NCBI GenBank assembly: GCA_037379345.1
Contig: CM074513.1
Coordinates: 34,654,885 to 34,718,884, forward strand
Source of the DNA: Perna viridis
Lineage: Eukaryota
DNA length: 64,000 nt
Direction of reading: 5' to 3'
In this document: positions 1 to 12,400 of the stretch, piece by piece
Layout of the letters: each line of letters begins with the position of its first letter
Position numbering within the stretch: the first letter of the stretch is position 1
Position numbers and translations under genes: made by a program
The notes under the pieces: generated by a model
Told to the model about the DNA's origin: nothing
What the model saw: only the letters and a program-made list of their open reading frames with translations
Database searches by the model: none

Positions 1-146
1 CATTGCAATTTATTGAGCGTAAAAAATGTACTTATTCTGCAGAATACATACATATTAATACAGAATTCAATTTTTTTAATAAAAGAAATTTTCCTGTAAA
101 GTTATTGTTATTGGTTGGAAATTGGAAATCTTTTTATTTTACATAG

Positions 147-174
147 GACAAACTTATTCTGGTTGTGGAAACAG
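147..174 (+). CDS. NCAPH: Candidate 28-nt NCAPH micro-exon (xQTYSGCGNR) with GC donor
   Basis: Pyrimidine tract then catAG at 145-146; donor CAG|GCAAGT at 175. The frame is open and ends in phase 2, as the exon at 393 requires. Confidence 0.5.
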
Positions 175-392
175 GCAAGTGTCTAATAAGATGAGATAAG
201 TTTTCCTGGAGCAATTAGTTGCCTGTATCACAGAAGTTGCAAAATTACTACTTAAATGTTCCATCTTCATACATTGTAATTTAGAAAACTATTTGCAAGT
301 TGCCAACTATATTAAGTTGTGTTCAAGGCAGATTTTGTTTGTTTTTTTTTTTTTACAGAAAATAAATAAATATAATACTTTTTATTTTCCAG

Positions 393-486
393 GAGAGGAT
401 CCTTCTCGTCATCTTCCAGTCATGGACTCACTGCTAATCAGCTTGCTGATCACTACTCAAATTGTATCAAGTTGTCTGCTGAAAAT
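393..486 (+). CDS. NCAPH: NCAPH exon ([31 protein letters not shown])
   Basis: ttttccAG acceptor, GTAATG donor; N-terminal kleisin motif. Confidence 0.9.
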
Positions 487-3400
487 GTAATGACATACAT
501 TCCTAATCAACCATCATTCTTTTGTACTTTAAATTTCTGCCAATAATACATTTGTACAAGAAATAGAGCCATGCATGTCTTTCAGTGAACACTTGAATAT
601 TTGTCTCATGAAATATCGATCTTAGACGCAATGAGTTCCACTGAAATATTTTTTTTATTAGTAGTCAGTGATTTTGTTACTCTTTTATTGCATACAAATA
701 TCAGCTGTTTTCCCAAAATTTTGAAAAATATTTTTCCCAAAGGGAGGAAAATTCCCAATTGTCAAGCATAATTTTTTTTAAACCAGGTAAATAAGCCAGT
801 GAAATACTGTATTTTGGTGTATATAATGCACATATTTTTTTATAGAAATAATTTCCAGAGCATGGGGGTGTGTATTATGCATCTATATATAAGATTTGGC
901 CAAGAAATGATTTTTATAAGAGAAAAGAGATTGTGTAATGAAAACAAACAAACCAGAAGTGAAATGTTATTGAAAGAAAGTTTATATAATCATCAAATAC
1001 GTCTTTAAGTCTTGAATTTTTAATGATTTTGTCTTCAAATCAAATTTATATATCTTAATGCAGCACCATTGCGTATACCAATTAACTGAAGTGATTGAGA
1101 ATTTTCATACATTTATTACTTGACTTAAATAAGAAAAAGATTGACAAATCCATCATTTTCCTGCCGATCTTTCAGTGTAATGAAAGCACATGGTGCTGAA
1201 ACTACGAATCAGTCATAGTTTGTAATTACTAATTCATTGATTGAATCTTTTTAATACAGAAGTAAACAACTCATTCAAGTCAATGTACAAAATGTATTCG
1301 CGATTTTATTTTTAAAATACTCAACATTTTTTCATCACTTGGAAGTTTTTGACTGTTTGCCGAGGTGATGAAAAAGTCTGAGAGACACGATGTTGTGTCG
1401 AAACCGAACTTGTTCACTTGTTAGATATTTTGTAAAAGACAAGTACGTGATTGAATAACACATATTCCAATATTTTCTTTAAATAACTACAAAATATGGT
1501 TTTTAAAGTTAATTCTTGAGCTAGGCAGGTAAAAGACTGACACAAACGTCTGCTGAAATTTGATAAAATGTGCGACATGGGTTGTCAAAATTTCTGTACC
1601 CTTGGTCTTAATAACATGTTTGAGACATAGGTTGTACAATATTTCTTTCTTATAAAACACGGTTAGAGATTAAAATGAAACAACTAAAAATCAAAAAGTA
1701 ACAAAATCCTTTTTTGTCAAACCCTCCTTATTGAATGCTTTTGCAGCTGAAAATGATTATTTTGAAACCTTTGTTGATTGTTTCTAACTATTTTATTTCT
1801 GTAAAGTATGTTGAAAAAGAAAAATTTTGAAATCAAAGTAGCAATCAAAACTGGAAATGTCCGATTCTCCAGACTTTTGATTTTGTTTCATTTCATACAT
1901 CCTGTGTCAATTTTATCATGCTTCGAAATTATAATTATCCAATTTATGTAGCCACTGATCTTAACATGATATTTAAGTGTGAATAGAAGTTCCTTTCCTT
2001 TACATTTATGTAGGAAATACTTGACCCAGGTAAATAAATTGACAGATCAAGTACAAAATATCAATCTTTTGTCTTACAAAATTCTACTGCAATCTATGTC
2101 TAAAAAACTTTTTTTCACACATTTTGACCTTCAAAATTGTACTGCTCACAATACATAAATGCACATTATACACACCAAAATACAGTATATGTTCCTCAAG
2201 ATGTAATTTCTCGGCACTTTACTTTGTTCACTTCTTGGGAATGTTTTTTTTTTTGGCAAATTGAACCTAATGAAAAATTGGGAGTAGGTATTTGTCAGTT
2301 TGGTATTGGTTTTATGTTCCGGAGCAGCATATGATGCATTTCTGTCCCCTGCAAAATATTTTCCCAATGTGTTGTAAACACGGCAAAAATAAAAAAAAAT
2401 AAATGGGTTAGGCTGCTTTTAAAACAAGTAAAAAATCACTGGGAGCATAGTTTTTATTGATTCAAAAAGCAAGTAAGCGTAGAAAAAGAAAGCGATTCAT
2501 TTTCTAATCATATAGCACGATAGGAATTTATGTGATACCTGCATGAAAGACAAGTTGCTAAATGCAAGGGAAAAACAGGACTCTTAACAATTATAACTAC
2601 AATACAACAATGAGCATTTTATGATATTGATTACTGATTATTGATTTTTCATTTCAGAAAATTAACTCTAAAAATGCGTTTGGTTTACATTTGATTGATT
2701 ACATGTCAGATCTGATCAAGAAGAAAGAACTTGAGAACTTTCAGGTAATTTTAATTAACAGTTAGTGTATTTGCTTTCTAAGATGCAAGATTCATGACTG
2801 ACATCACCAACTTATGTCAGGATAGGAAACTCACTCAAATTCTAGCCAGTCCTGAATACAATTTTTCAATATATTTACTATATGGCTATATAGATTTTTG
2901 CTGAAATAATCCAGCCCTGCCAAAAAATGGGCAGGCGGGTAGGCTACAATATCTAACTCTGCTTATGTATTGAAACTTGAAGTTATGAGGAAAAGTGGTG
3001 TATGAGAGGGTTGATTTTATTTGTAAAAAGGAGAATGAGTATTTGCAGCATATATTTTAGAGTAATCAAGGGAACCAAAGTTATAGCAGTAATCAAAAGA
3101 ATGTAATCCAGGAACAAAGACCAGACATGGGAAACAGACATACACAACAAAGAACATAAAGTAACTAAAATCATACATACAAAGTAACAAAAGCAAATGA
3201 GGAACTCAGACTCCACGAAAAACTGGGAGCATGGTTTTAGTTTGTCCTATATATGTAGATATACATGAAACCATGTTCTTTGAAGCTCAGTCTTTTTATG
3301 TTAATTTTAACTTTATATCTATTATCGATAAATATATTTACCTTCTTTGACAAAGTTGCCAAAACCTGTTTTAAGTAGATGATATTTTTTTGTATTCATG

Positions 3401-6400
3401 ACAATCTTTTTATATTTTTACCTGTGCCATCAAGGGTGAAAGTGGGTGCAGTAGCTGCTTGACTCTGTCATGCTTAGGGTACTTTGTGTAATCCAAATCT
3501 AAATGTACTTCAAAATTTGCACAGTTACTATATAAATATTGAAGTTACTTTTATTTTGTGAATTATACTTCTTTGTGTAATCTCTAACGCAAAAAGTATT
3601 AAAGCGATATTCTAATATGACATGCTTTAAAGCTTTTTAGACCACAGCCATTGTATAACAGTGATAAAATATGACCAATGCTATAGACGTATGACGGTCT
3701 TTTTCGCTACATCATACATAAATTTAAACCAATTTTTCAGACGTCACAACAGAATTTTACTTCAAAATAGTTACCATTTCCTGCAGCACATAGGCTGTGA
3801 AGAAAATATGAAGAAACTGTTCTATTAGAATTGAAAATGAATCATGAAAACCACCGTTTTACCACAGGCTGGCCAATTATGTCATTATTTAACCCCTTGC
3901 TATCTCTTAGGGTAAAACAGTGGAACATAAATGTCCAGCCTGTGGTAAAACAATAATAAAATGGAGTTTCTGTGATTTATTTCTTAATTATTCAAACTTT
4001 GCACTTTGATTATATGCATATTGAAAACGTGCTCCTCCTATTATAGAGAAGTTTGATAATTTTTTTCCTACATTTTTAGCAGGCAGTGATTTTTCTAGCG
4101 CTTGTCATTTTCGTCATTGATGAAAGACTTTTCAGAATGACGAAAATTACTTAGTCTCATTTCATCACCAGAAATCTATGGAAGTACAAAAAACATTAAG
4201 AGCTGTAAGTCTGACAATGGTTCAAGTGGCGAAAGTGACAGTTATACTACCCTAAGCTTAATACAACTCTCAACAGATGTCAACAATCACCTAATTTGCC
4301 GATTACACTAATCAGGCATGTGAAGTAAATGTCGATAATTTACTCAAATGTGACTTTAATGCACATGGTTAAAGGCTATTAAAGTTCAAATGCTGGTGAA
4401 AATTTCTGCAGGGAAAATCTTTTACTTATCGCTAACTTCATATTAAATGACATAGAAAGTCATTTATCATTTATTTTTGTCATTAAACTTGAGTGTAAAT
4501 CAATTGTGGGTTGTTTGGCTACAACCACAGTTTCACTAATTTTGTAGTTGCATGTCGACAATATTTATTATTTTGAAAATATCATTTATGCCGTCAATGA
4601 ACTCCTCAGATACCAATACTAAATATAAGTCTGAAATAATGACATTAATTTGTCATTGTCTTGATCCCAATAGCGCACTTGAAAATTGTGGTAAAAATAA
4701 AATCTCATGAGGCACCACAAGGTAAATATTTATTTGAAAATATTTATATCTGTTCAATGCATGAAATACTGGTGCATGTTAAGGCAGAACATACATGTAT
4801 CCAAATCTACACTGTGTCTAGATGTATTTTTGTGTTTCTATAAAAGGTGGCCATGCAGAAAACAGCATCTTTTCAATATTAAAGATACTTAAAACTGTAT
4901 TAGGAATGTTTAGATTATATGGTCCCTGATTAAATAAAGTAGTGTAAAAGGATTTTTATTTTTGATGATTCTTAAAGACTGGTGAGTTTCTGTTTTAATT
5001 AAATCTTGGGTATGTTATTGGGATTGTCTGGAAAACATGGTTACATGATAGTGAAAAAAAAATAATGTGCTTTATTTGCAGGCAATGTACCTTTAATTTT
5101 ATTTAATGTCTTTACACAGTGCTGTAAATAACAGATAATACTGAAATATCTTATGTCAGATCCAAATACTACTTAAAGAAATATACCATTAAAATGCTCA
5201 TTTTCTCGTGCAAAAGTGACTAAAGCTTTCAAAATCCTGAAAAAAATCCTGAGCATGTTTTATAGTGATTTGTCAGCAATATTATGCTGTCATTAGGACA
5301 TTCAATCTGTTACCCACACTGTAGTTTTTTTTACTTCCTTAGTGTTTACATACACATTGAAGACACTTGTATGCTGACAAATATATAATGATGATGCAGG
5401 ACCAGGTTTTGTTATATCCTCATGTTTTAATGGTATATTCTTATTTTGTAATGTCCTAGTGATATTGTATTTTACAATCACTCTTTTTTTATAAAGTACA
5501 TTGGTCTGATGTTTTGTTTGACTAATGGATTAAACAAGGTAGTATGTAAAGTTATTGTTTCACCTAAATACAGTTTAATTATTAAAATTTTGTTAATTGA
5601 TAGGTGGCAAGTACAACATTAGATGCTAGTGCCAAAATTTATGCTGGCAGAGTTGATGCAATCCATGCCGAGACTTACAAAGTATTGTCTGGACTTGGGT
5701 CATCTAAAGACAAAAACAAACAGAACGAGGAAGGTATACTCTTCTTTATCAGTATTATACGTAAATAAAGTAAAATAAAATATAATACAGAGAAGGGGAA
5801 ATATTAGGGCTGTTCCATTAAAAGATGTGAAGTACCTGGGGAAGACTCTTTTTTTACCAGGGGAGCCATCCATATAAGTTCTATAGATGTTTTGTATTAA
5901 ACTCAATATTTTGTCTAGAGACCTAAACACCCACCCATGTACAAAGTATGAAAGTGCCTTCCCTGTCCCTAATATGTTCTACTGGAACAGCCTTCATTAA
6001 CTTTGTTATAATGAATTTGATAAGTAAAAAAAAATGATTATAATGTGTTCTTGGCATCACTTACATTAATTAATTTTGAAATTAAAAATTGTTCTTCATC
6101 TTCATTGAAACCTGCCTTTAAATGACTTGCACATTTATATGAAAAGGAGGTCCTTAGGCTAAAATTTGAGTTGTCCAATTCGATGACATTTAAAGTTAAC
6201 ATTGACACTAGCATTGATTCTGTCACCAAGATGATTTTTTGGTTGTTGGTAATTTGACCAAAACAATAATTTACTACCTTATTTTGTGTCAAAAATTCTT
6301 TGGAAAGTTGTTACTAACAAATGTTTGTTTATTTTCAAATTTCAAAATATATATATATATGTACAATTGCAGAGGAAGAAGATGGTACAGAACCTATGGA

Positions 6401-9400
6401 TGAAGATGGTACTCCAGATAATGAGGACAAAATCAAAAAGAAGAAAAAGGTTATTGTACTTCTTAAAAAGTGTGATGTAATTTTTTTCGCTTGTATCAAT
6501 AAGTGTGGTTCTTTCAGATTTCATTAGTTCAAAGAAGTTTGAAATCTATTCTTTGGAATATGAATTCATTGACCATTTAAACTTTGTGATTTGTTCCCCA
6601 ATGATAACTATATTTTATTTACAGTAGAAAATATGTTATTGTACTACCATCACTAATTGTTTTTTTTTGTGTACACATTTTGCTTCTTTACTGTTTTTGT
6701 CTAAAACTGCAATTTTCAAATAAGTGTTGAAGATTAATTATTGTTTTTTTTTGTTTATTTCAAGAAGCTATTTTGTTTGATGCTCATTGAACATGGCTTC
6801 TTCATATGATACTTATATTTGTTATGTTATTTTCTGCAAAAAAAACCCCATCTTTTATGATATAACAGTGTGACTGTGTACTCCACCATGCAGAGTTACA
6901 TGTTATTATGTGATACCCATCATTTTGATTGGCAGGTACTAGTATTTGTCCATCTGTCAGTCCTTTAGAACCCCCAGTGCTTTTCAGATGGCAACTTAAG
7001 AAAGATAAATGGATTTTTTCAAACTATGCACAATGATTCAATACAATAAATTACAGATAAAGTTTGATTGCCAGCAAAATCCCATTTGTTGTTTTCAATT
7101 TATCCAACCTTTATGAAACTGGTGAATGGGTTCATATCTAATGATGTAAGCTCCCTTTTGATTTTTATAAATTTCAGATTTTTCGTTTCCGTGTTGTAAA
7201 TTTTCATACTTAAAAAAAGGGGGATTTTCAAGTTTTCGGACAATAACTCAAAAACGCTGTCACCTACTTTTATAAAACTTTGGTGAATTGTCTACATCTA
7301 TTGACATAAGCTCCCTTTCGATTTTTATAAATTTCAGATTTATCGTTTCCATGTTAAGAATTTTTATACTTATGAAAGGGGGGATTTTTAAGTTTTTGGA
7401 CAATTACTCAAAAACACTTTCACTAACTTTTATGTAACTTTGGTGAATTGTTCATATCTATTGAAGTAAGCTAGCTTCCGATGTGTATAAATGTCAAATT
7501 TTATGTTTTCCTGTTATGAAGTTTCACTCTTTTCAAAAAGACGGAAATGGCCAAGGAAATTTATTCATTGAAAAATAGTTGAAAAAGGACCATTTGTTAT
7601 GATGATTGACAAAAAAATGTAAAAGGTACTTGGTAACCTTGTCAGAAAAGTGTGTTTTGAACAAGATAGAAATGTATGGGTGAAAAATCAAGACAACAAA
7701 CTTAGTTCAACTTCAGGTAGCCTTGGTTCTGCCAAATTTTTTGAACATTTTTTTTTTTTTGTGGGGGGAGGGTATTTGGCAGGGCTCACAGTATTTCTAG
7801 TGGATCATATAAACTCATTAAAAGCATAAGGACAAGTTAAAAGGGCAACAGGTGTATCATGAGCTTAAAACTTCTTTTTTTTTTGTCATTTCCTGATTGA
7901 TCTAAGAACAAATCAAAGGATTCTATTTAAACCTTGCACAATTTTTTGGTATTGTACTATGTATAAAACTGATTATGATTTGGGATGAACAGGGATGATT
8001 TTTTTCCGCTTTTTAGTGGAATTCCGCTACTTTAGATCCAGATTTTACTGTAATGAGTCTTTTTTTTTTAACTGTATATTTACTTCCTATTTTGCCAATT
8101 TCCGCTTGGTTTGTCAACCTCTTAAAATCATCCCTGATATAAGCATAATCCATTTTTTATTTGATCTTCAGCTGTGTTTTAAGTTATCCACCCCTCTATT
8201 TTATTATTCTGATTTTTTTTATGTGTATACTTTATTGCCCAAAAACATGGCAGAGTATTTTGATACCCGCTTCTATTGAGAGGGGAGTATACTGTTATAC
8301 CCTTGTCTTTGTTTCTGTGTTTGCGTGTGTAACAAATTTTTCTGTCAAAGTTTTCTCAGCAACTACTTATCACAATGGCTTGAAATTTTTACACATTCTT
8401 CCTGTAGGCATACCATATAGTAAGTTTTATTTTCGAAAAATAATTGAACAACAACATCCTGTTCAGCTATGACTTGGTACATTTCCCTTATATCATGGTA
8501 GAAAGAAGGGGTATTACTAGTGAGCCATAGATCACAGTTTTTGGTTTCATGTCTCATTTGATGCCTTTTTTCATGTTCAGTAATGTTAGAAAAATGTTTT
8601 CATCAATGTTAAATTCTGTTATTTCAGAAAAAGAACACAACTATAGAAACAAATTTAAAGAACATTACAACTGCTAAAGTAGACCTAGCATTTGAAGTTG
8701 ATCCAATGTTCCAGTTAATGTCTGAGGCGTTTGATGAGGGTGGAACCATGGGTTTACTTCACAATACCTTACGGTGCTATAATGACAATCAGGAGTTGGT
8801 TCTAGACTCAAGTACTGTTGTTGGTGGTAACTGTTGTGAACCTCCTCAATATAAACCTATCGATATAAGTGATTTAAAAGGTATGTTTTTTCTACATGAG
8901 AGAATTCTTTTTATACCCATCTTGACAATTTGGTGTAGATGGTGGTCCTTAGGTAACACTGTTTTTGTTTCCATTTGATATATAGACTATTCAATATAAA
9001 TGCAAGTCAAAAAAAAAAAAACAAACTAAGATTATCATTGATAACCATATCAATTTCATTTGATTTTATAATGTCCTTGAAGCTTTCCAATGTTATATGT
9101 TATATGTTAATTGTTTTCAGATTCATCTAACATAAAACATTATCTAGATGAGTTTATTTCTTGCTAACACAATCATTTACTTTTCCTCAGACATGTTCAA
9201 AGGAGTAGACATCAAAGCCAAAGAAATATGTCCATCTTTTTCTAGTTTCACTTTCATGGACTGGGATGAAAATGCAGAGGTAAAATATATTTATATGTTA
9301 TAGATATCAGATTAAGTTATGACATTATTGACAAGCATTATCACAGCTGTTTAACCAACAGGACAATATTTTATTCAAAATATATATAAGAAATGAAAAT

Positions 9401-12400
9401 TCTTGGAATTAAATAATTTTCAATCCTTCATAAAACTGATAACCTCACCACTGTGTTACTACTTGCTATAAAAAGACATAAAGAAATAAACAACAGAATT
9501 TTGTTTTGTCAGATACTCAAAATTAAGAAATGAAACTCGAAGTGTTTTTTTTTTTTTTAATACAGGATCCTTCAAACGTGTCACAAGATAATGAGGACCA
9601 TGCGTTTGATATAAATGCAGAACCAGAGCCAATACCTGAGGGAGATAATGACAATGATGATATGCCAGATATGGCTGGAGACTTCCCAGAAAATGAATAT
9701 GCTGGTATAATCATAATATTTAGTTTCAAATGTTTTATAGGATTACAATGTCTGTAGCCAGTAATGTATATCTTTTAAAAATCAAGAGAACAATATTGTT
9801 GCACATATACATGAAGTTAGTTTACCAAATATTTCTAATTGAAAGAAACAGTTCAAGATAAAGTAATGTTACGTTAAATAGGAAATGATGCTGGTCCTTA
9901 CGTCCCAGTTCCCTACAGTAGTTCAATGGTAATGTATGGACGAAATAAAAAACTGTTACAGTGTGGGAAGCCATTTTTTTCCCAACTTGCCTTTCTGGCT
10001 AGTGGAATATTGATCTTGATAGCCAAGTAGAAATTCAACTTGCCAAATTTTATATTTTAATTGATAACATATTTTTAATGTATGATGTTTAGGGATGTTT
10101 AACTAAATAATTATATAACTTGTTGGCTGGTTAATGTTCCTTGGAACTTGCCAATCAAATGATGGCCAATTGACGAGTGTAAGCTAATAATAACTCGCCA
10201 AATTACACATCTACTCGTATTTGGCGAGCTGGCAAGCGGTGGTTTCCCACACTGTGTTAAAATACATGACAATGAGTGTAATTACAGAATCTGATACAGA
10301 AGATAATCAAGGTAGTGGGGAAACAATAGGTGATGGTAAAGCAGCTGAAATGATAAATACTATGGAAAGTATCAAGTAAGTCACAATAACTTCTTCCCTT
10401 TTTCAGTGAACTAAGTTTTTTTTACGCATAAATATTAAAAAAATAAGGGCTATTTCAATAAAATGTCCATGGAGGGGATGGAATGCCACTTGAAAATTTA
10501 AACCTTGATAGGGGGTATTTCTAATGATTTACACAATTTAATGCATTGCAAAAATGAAATGAATTTACTTGGTGTTACCCCTAATGAATTGTTGCATTCC
10601 ACCCCCTTCCGGAAAATATTACTGGTATAATCCTAATTTGTTCCAATGTAAAACTTTTCTTAAATGTTTAAAAACTTGTGCTTATGTATATTTAAATGTG
10701 TAACCAATGATGATTGTTGTGATTTCTTCTGATGCAAAGTTAAAATGGAATATACTGAATTTATAAAGATATCCTTATGACAACTGACAGTTTATATAAA
10801 AGACTGCTAGTTCTACCCTGAATTTAAAAAAAATTGTTAAATACTTGGACAAATTTTCCCCCATGAAATTTTATGAAATTCTTGTTCTTTCAAGGTAAAG
10901 TTTTACCATTTTTTAATTTTTTTTTTAAATTGTATTTGATAAAAAGATACTTTCAAGTGATAATAATGATTGATAAGCCATGCAATGATACAATTCAGTC
11001 TTAAGTTTAATGATTCTTTAAAAGGAGTTATTGTCCTTTGAAAGTCTATTTTGCTGTCAGTGTACTTTTTTCTAACTTCATCAGTTTATTGCCATCAGAA
11101 GGTAAAATTTGCTGTCTTGAAAACCATACCAAAAACAAATTATTTGTGAAATGATCCTCTTGACCAGGAATATTATTTACTTAGGTTCTCCAAAAATGTG
11201 TTACAGTTTAGCAATGTTTAGATCTTCAATGCTAAGTTAAGCTATTAAAGATTTTTGAGGTCAATTTTAAATGGTCAATGTATATATTTTATAGGCATGG
11301 CACAACAGGAACTTTATTATCAGTTCTGGCATCTGAACCTTCAGATTATTCATACTTTAACAGTACCTTACTTAGAGCATGGGCTGGTCCCTCACATTGG
11401 AAAATCAAACCATTGTCAAAAGGTAAAACAGAAACCTGTTATGTAACATAGTGTCAAATTTTAATTTAATCAAACGCTCACACTCTTTAAGCACCTGAAT
11501 AAGTGCATTTTTCAAATTTTATCTGAGTAGAAACAATGTAAAACAGACATGTAGCTTTGTTGTTTTTGTGTTCTTGTGTATGAACTTGCCTTGTAAAAGG
11601 CAAAATAATGTTCAGCACAGCCTCACATTTTCATGGGGTTTTAAGCCTCTTCTGTTTCATCAGTTTTATGTCATGTTAGTGCCTAGTTATTGTCTATATG
11701 CACTATTTAAAGTAATTATTTTATACTTGGTGATTGGGTATGAGGGGAATAGTAAGTTTATTTTCTTTGAAGTACAACTATTGCTTGGGCACGAATCATA
11801 GCCAAGGGCAATAGTTGTAACCAAGGGGACAGTCAGTAAGTGTTTTATTGTACCAAAAGACAATAAACACAAATTATACCAAAGGCTAAAAGGGACAACT
11901 TGCTAGATGTCAGGAAACTAAGAACTCTATATACCTATATTGGTAATCACATATACAGTCACATTTTTTTACCTTGAGGTTAAATGTAGAAATGCAAATT
12001 GACCTGCCGACTGGGCATCATCCATATTTTTTTGTGTTGTCCGACACAAAATTTAGAATCTCTGAAAACTGCCTTGAAACTGTTGACTGGTCAATAGTCT
12101 TTTAGCCGACAACTCATCAGAACTGTTCACATAAATTTTGTAAAGAAAAAGTATACTGAGGTATAATAATTTCATATACACTAACTTGTTTTGGGTTGTA
12201 TTTCAGACAGTAGAATCAGGTCATTAGCAGAACCGGGAGCATCAAAGAAAAAATTACGAAAAGAACCATTTGAAGTGAACTATAACCAACAGATTGACTT
12301 TGATAGTTTCTTTAAGCCATCTAAATCTACAATGTTAACCAAAGCAACAATGATTAAACACAGTAAAAAGAAGAAGTCTTTACCTAAAGACTTACACTAT

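Noticed and set aside
2983-3216. Three similar hydrophobic ORFs (2983-3216, 30714-31010, 41370-41624) suggesting a small membrane-protein family
   Set aside because: They are translations of the T-rich strand of one interspersed repeat, with inconsistent starts and ends.
9523-9729. Antisense ORFs over NCAPH exons (also 6342-6524 and 12539-12832)
   Set aside because: Shadow ORFs of acidic coding exons on the opposite strand.
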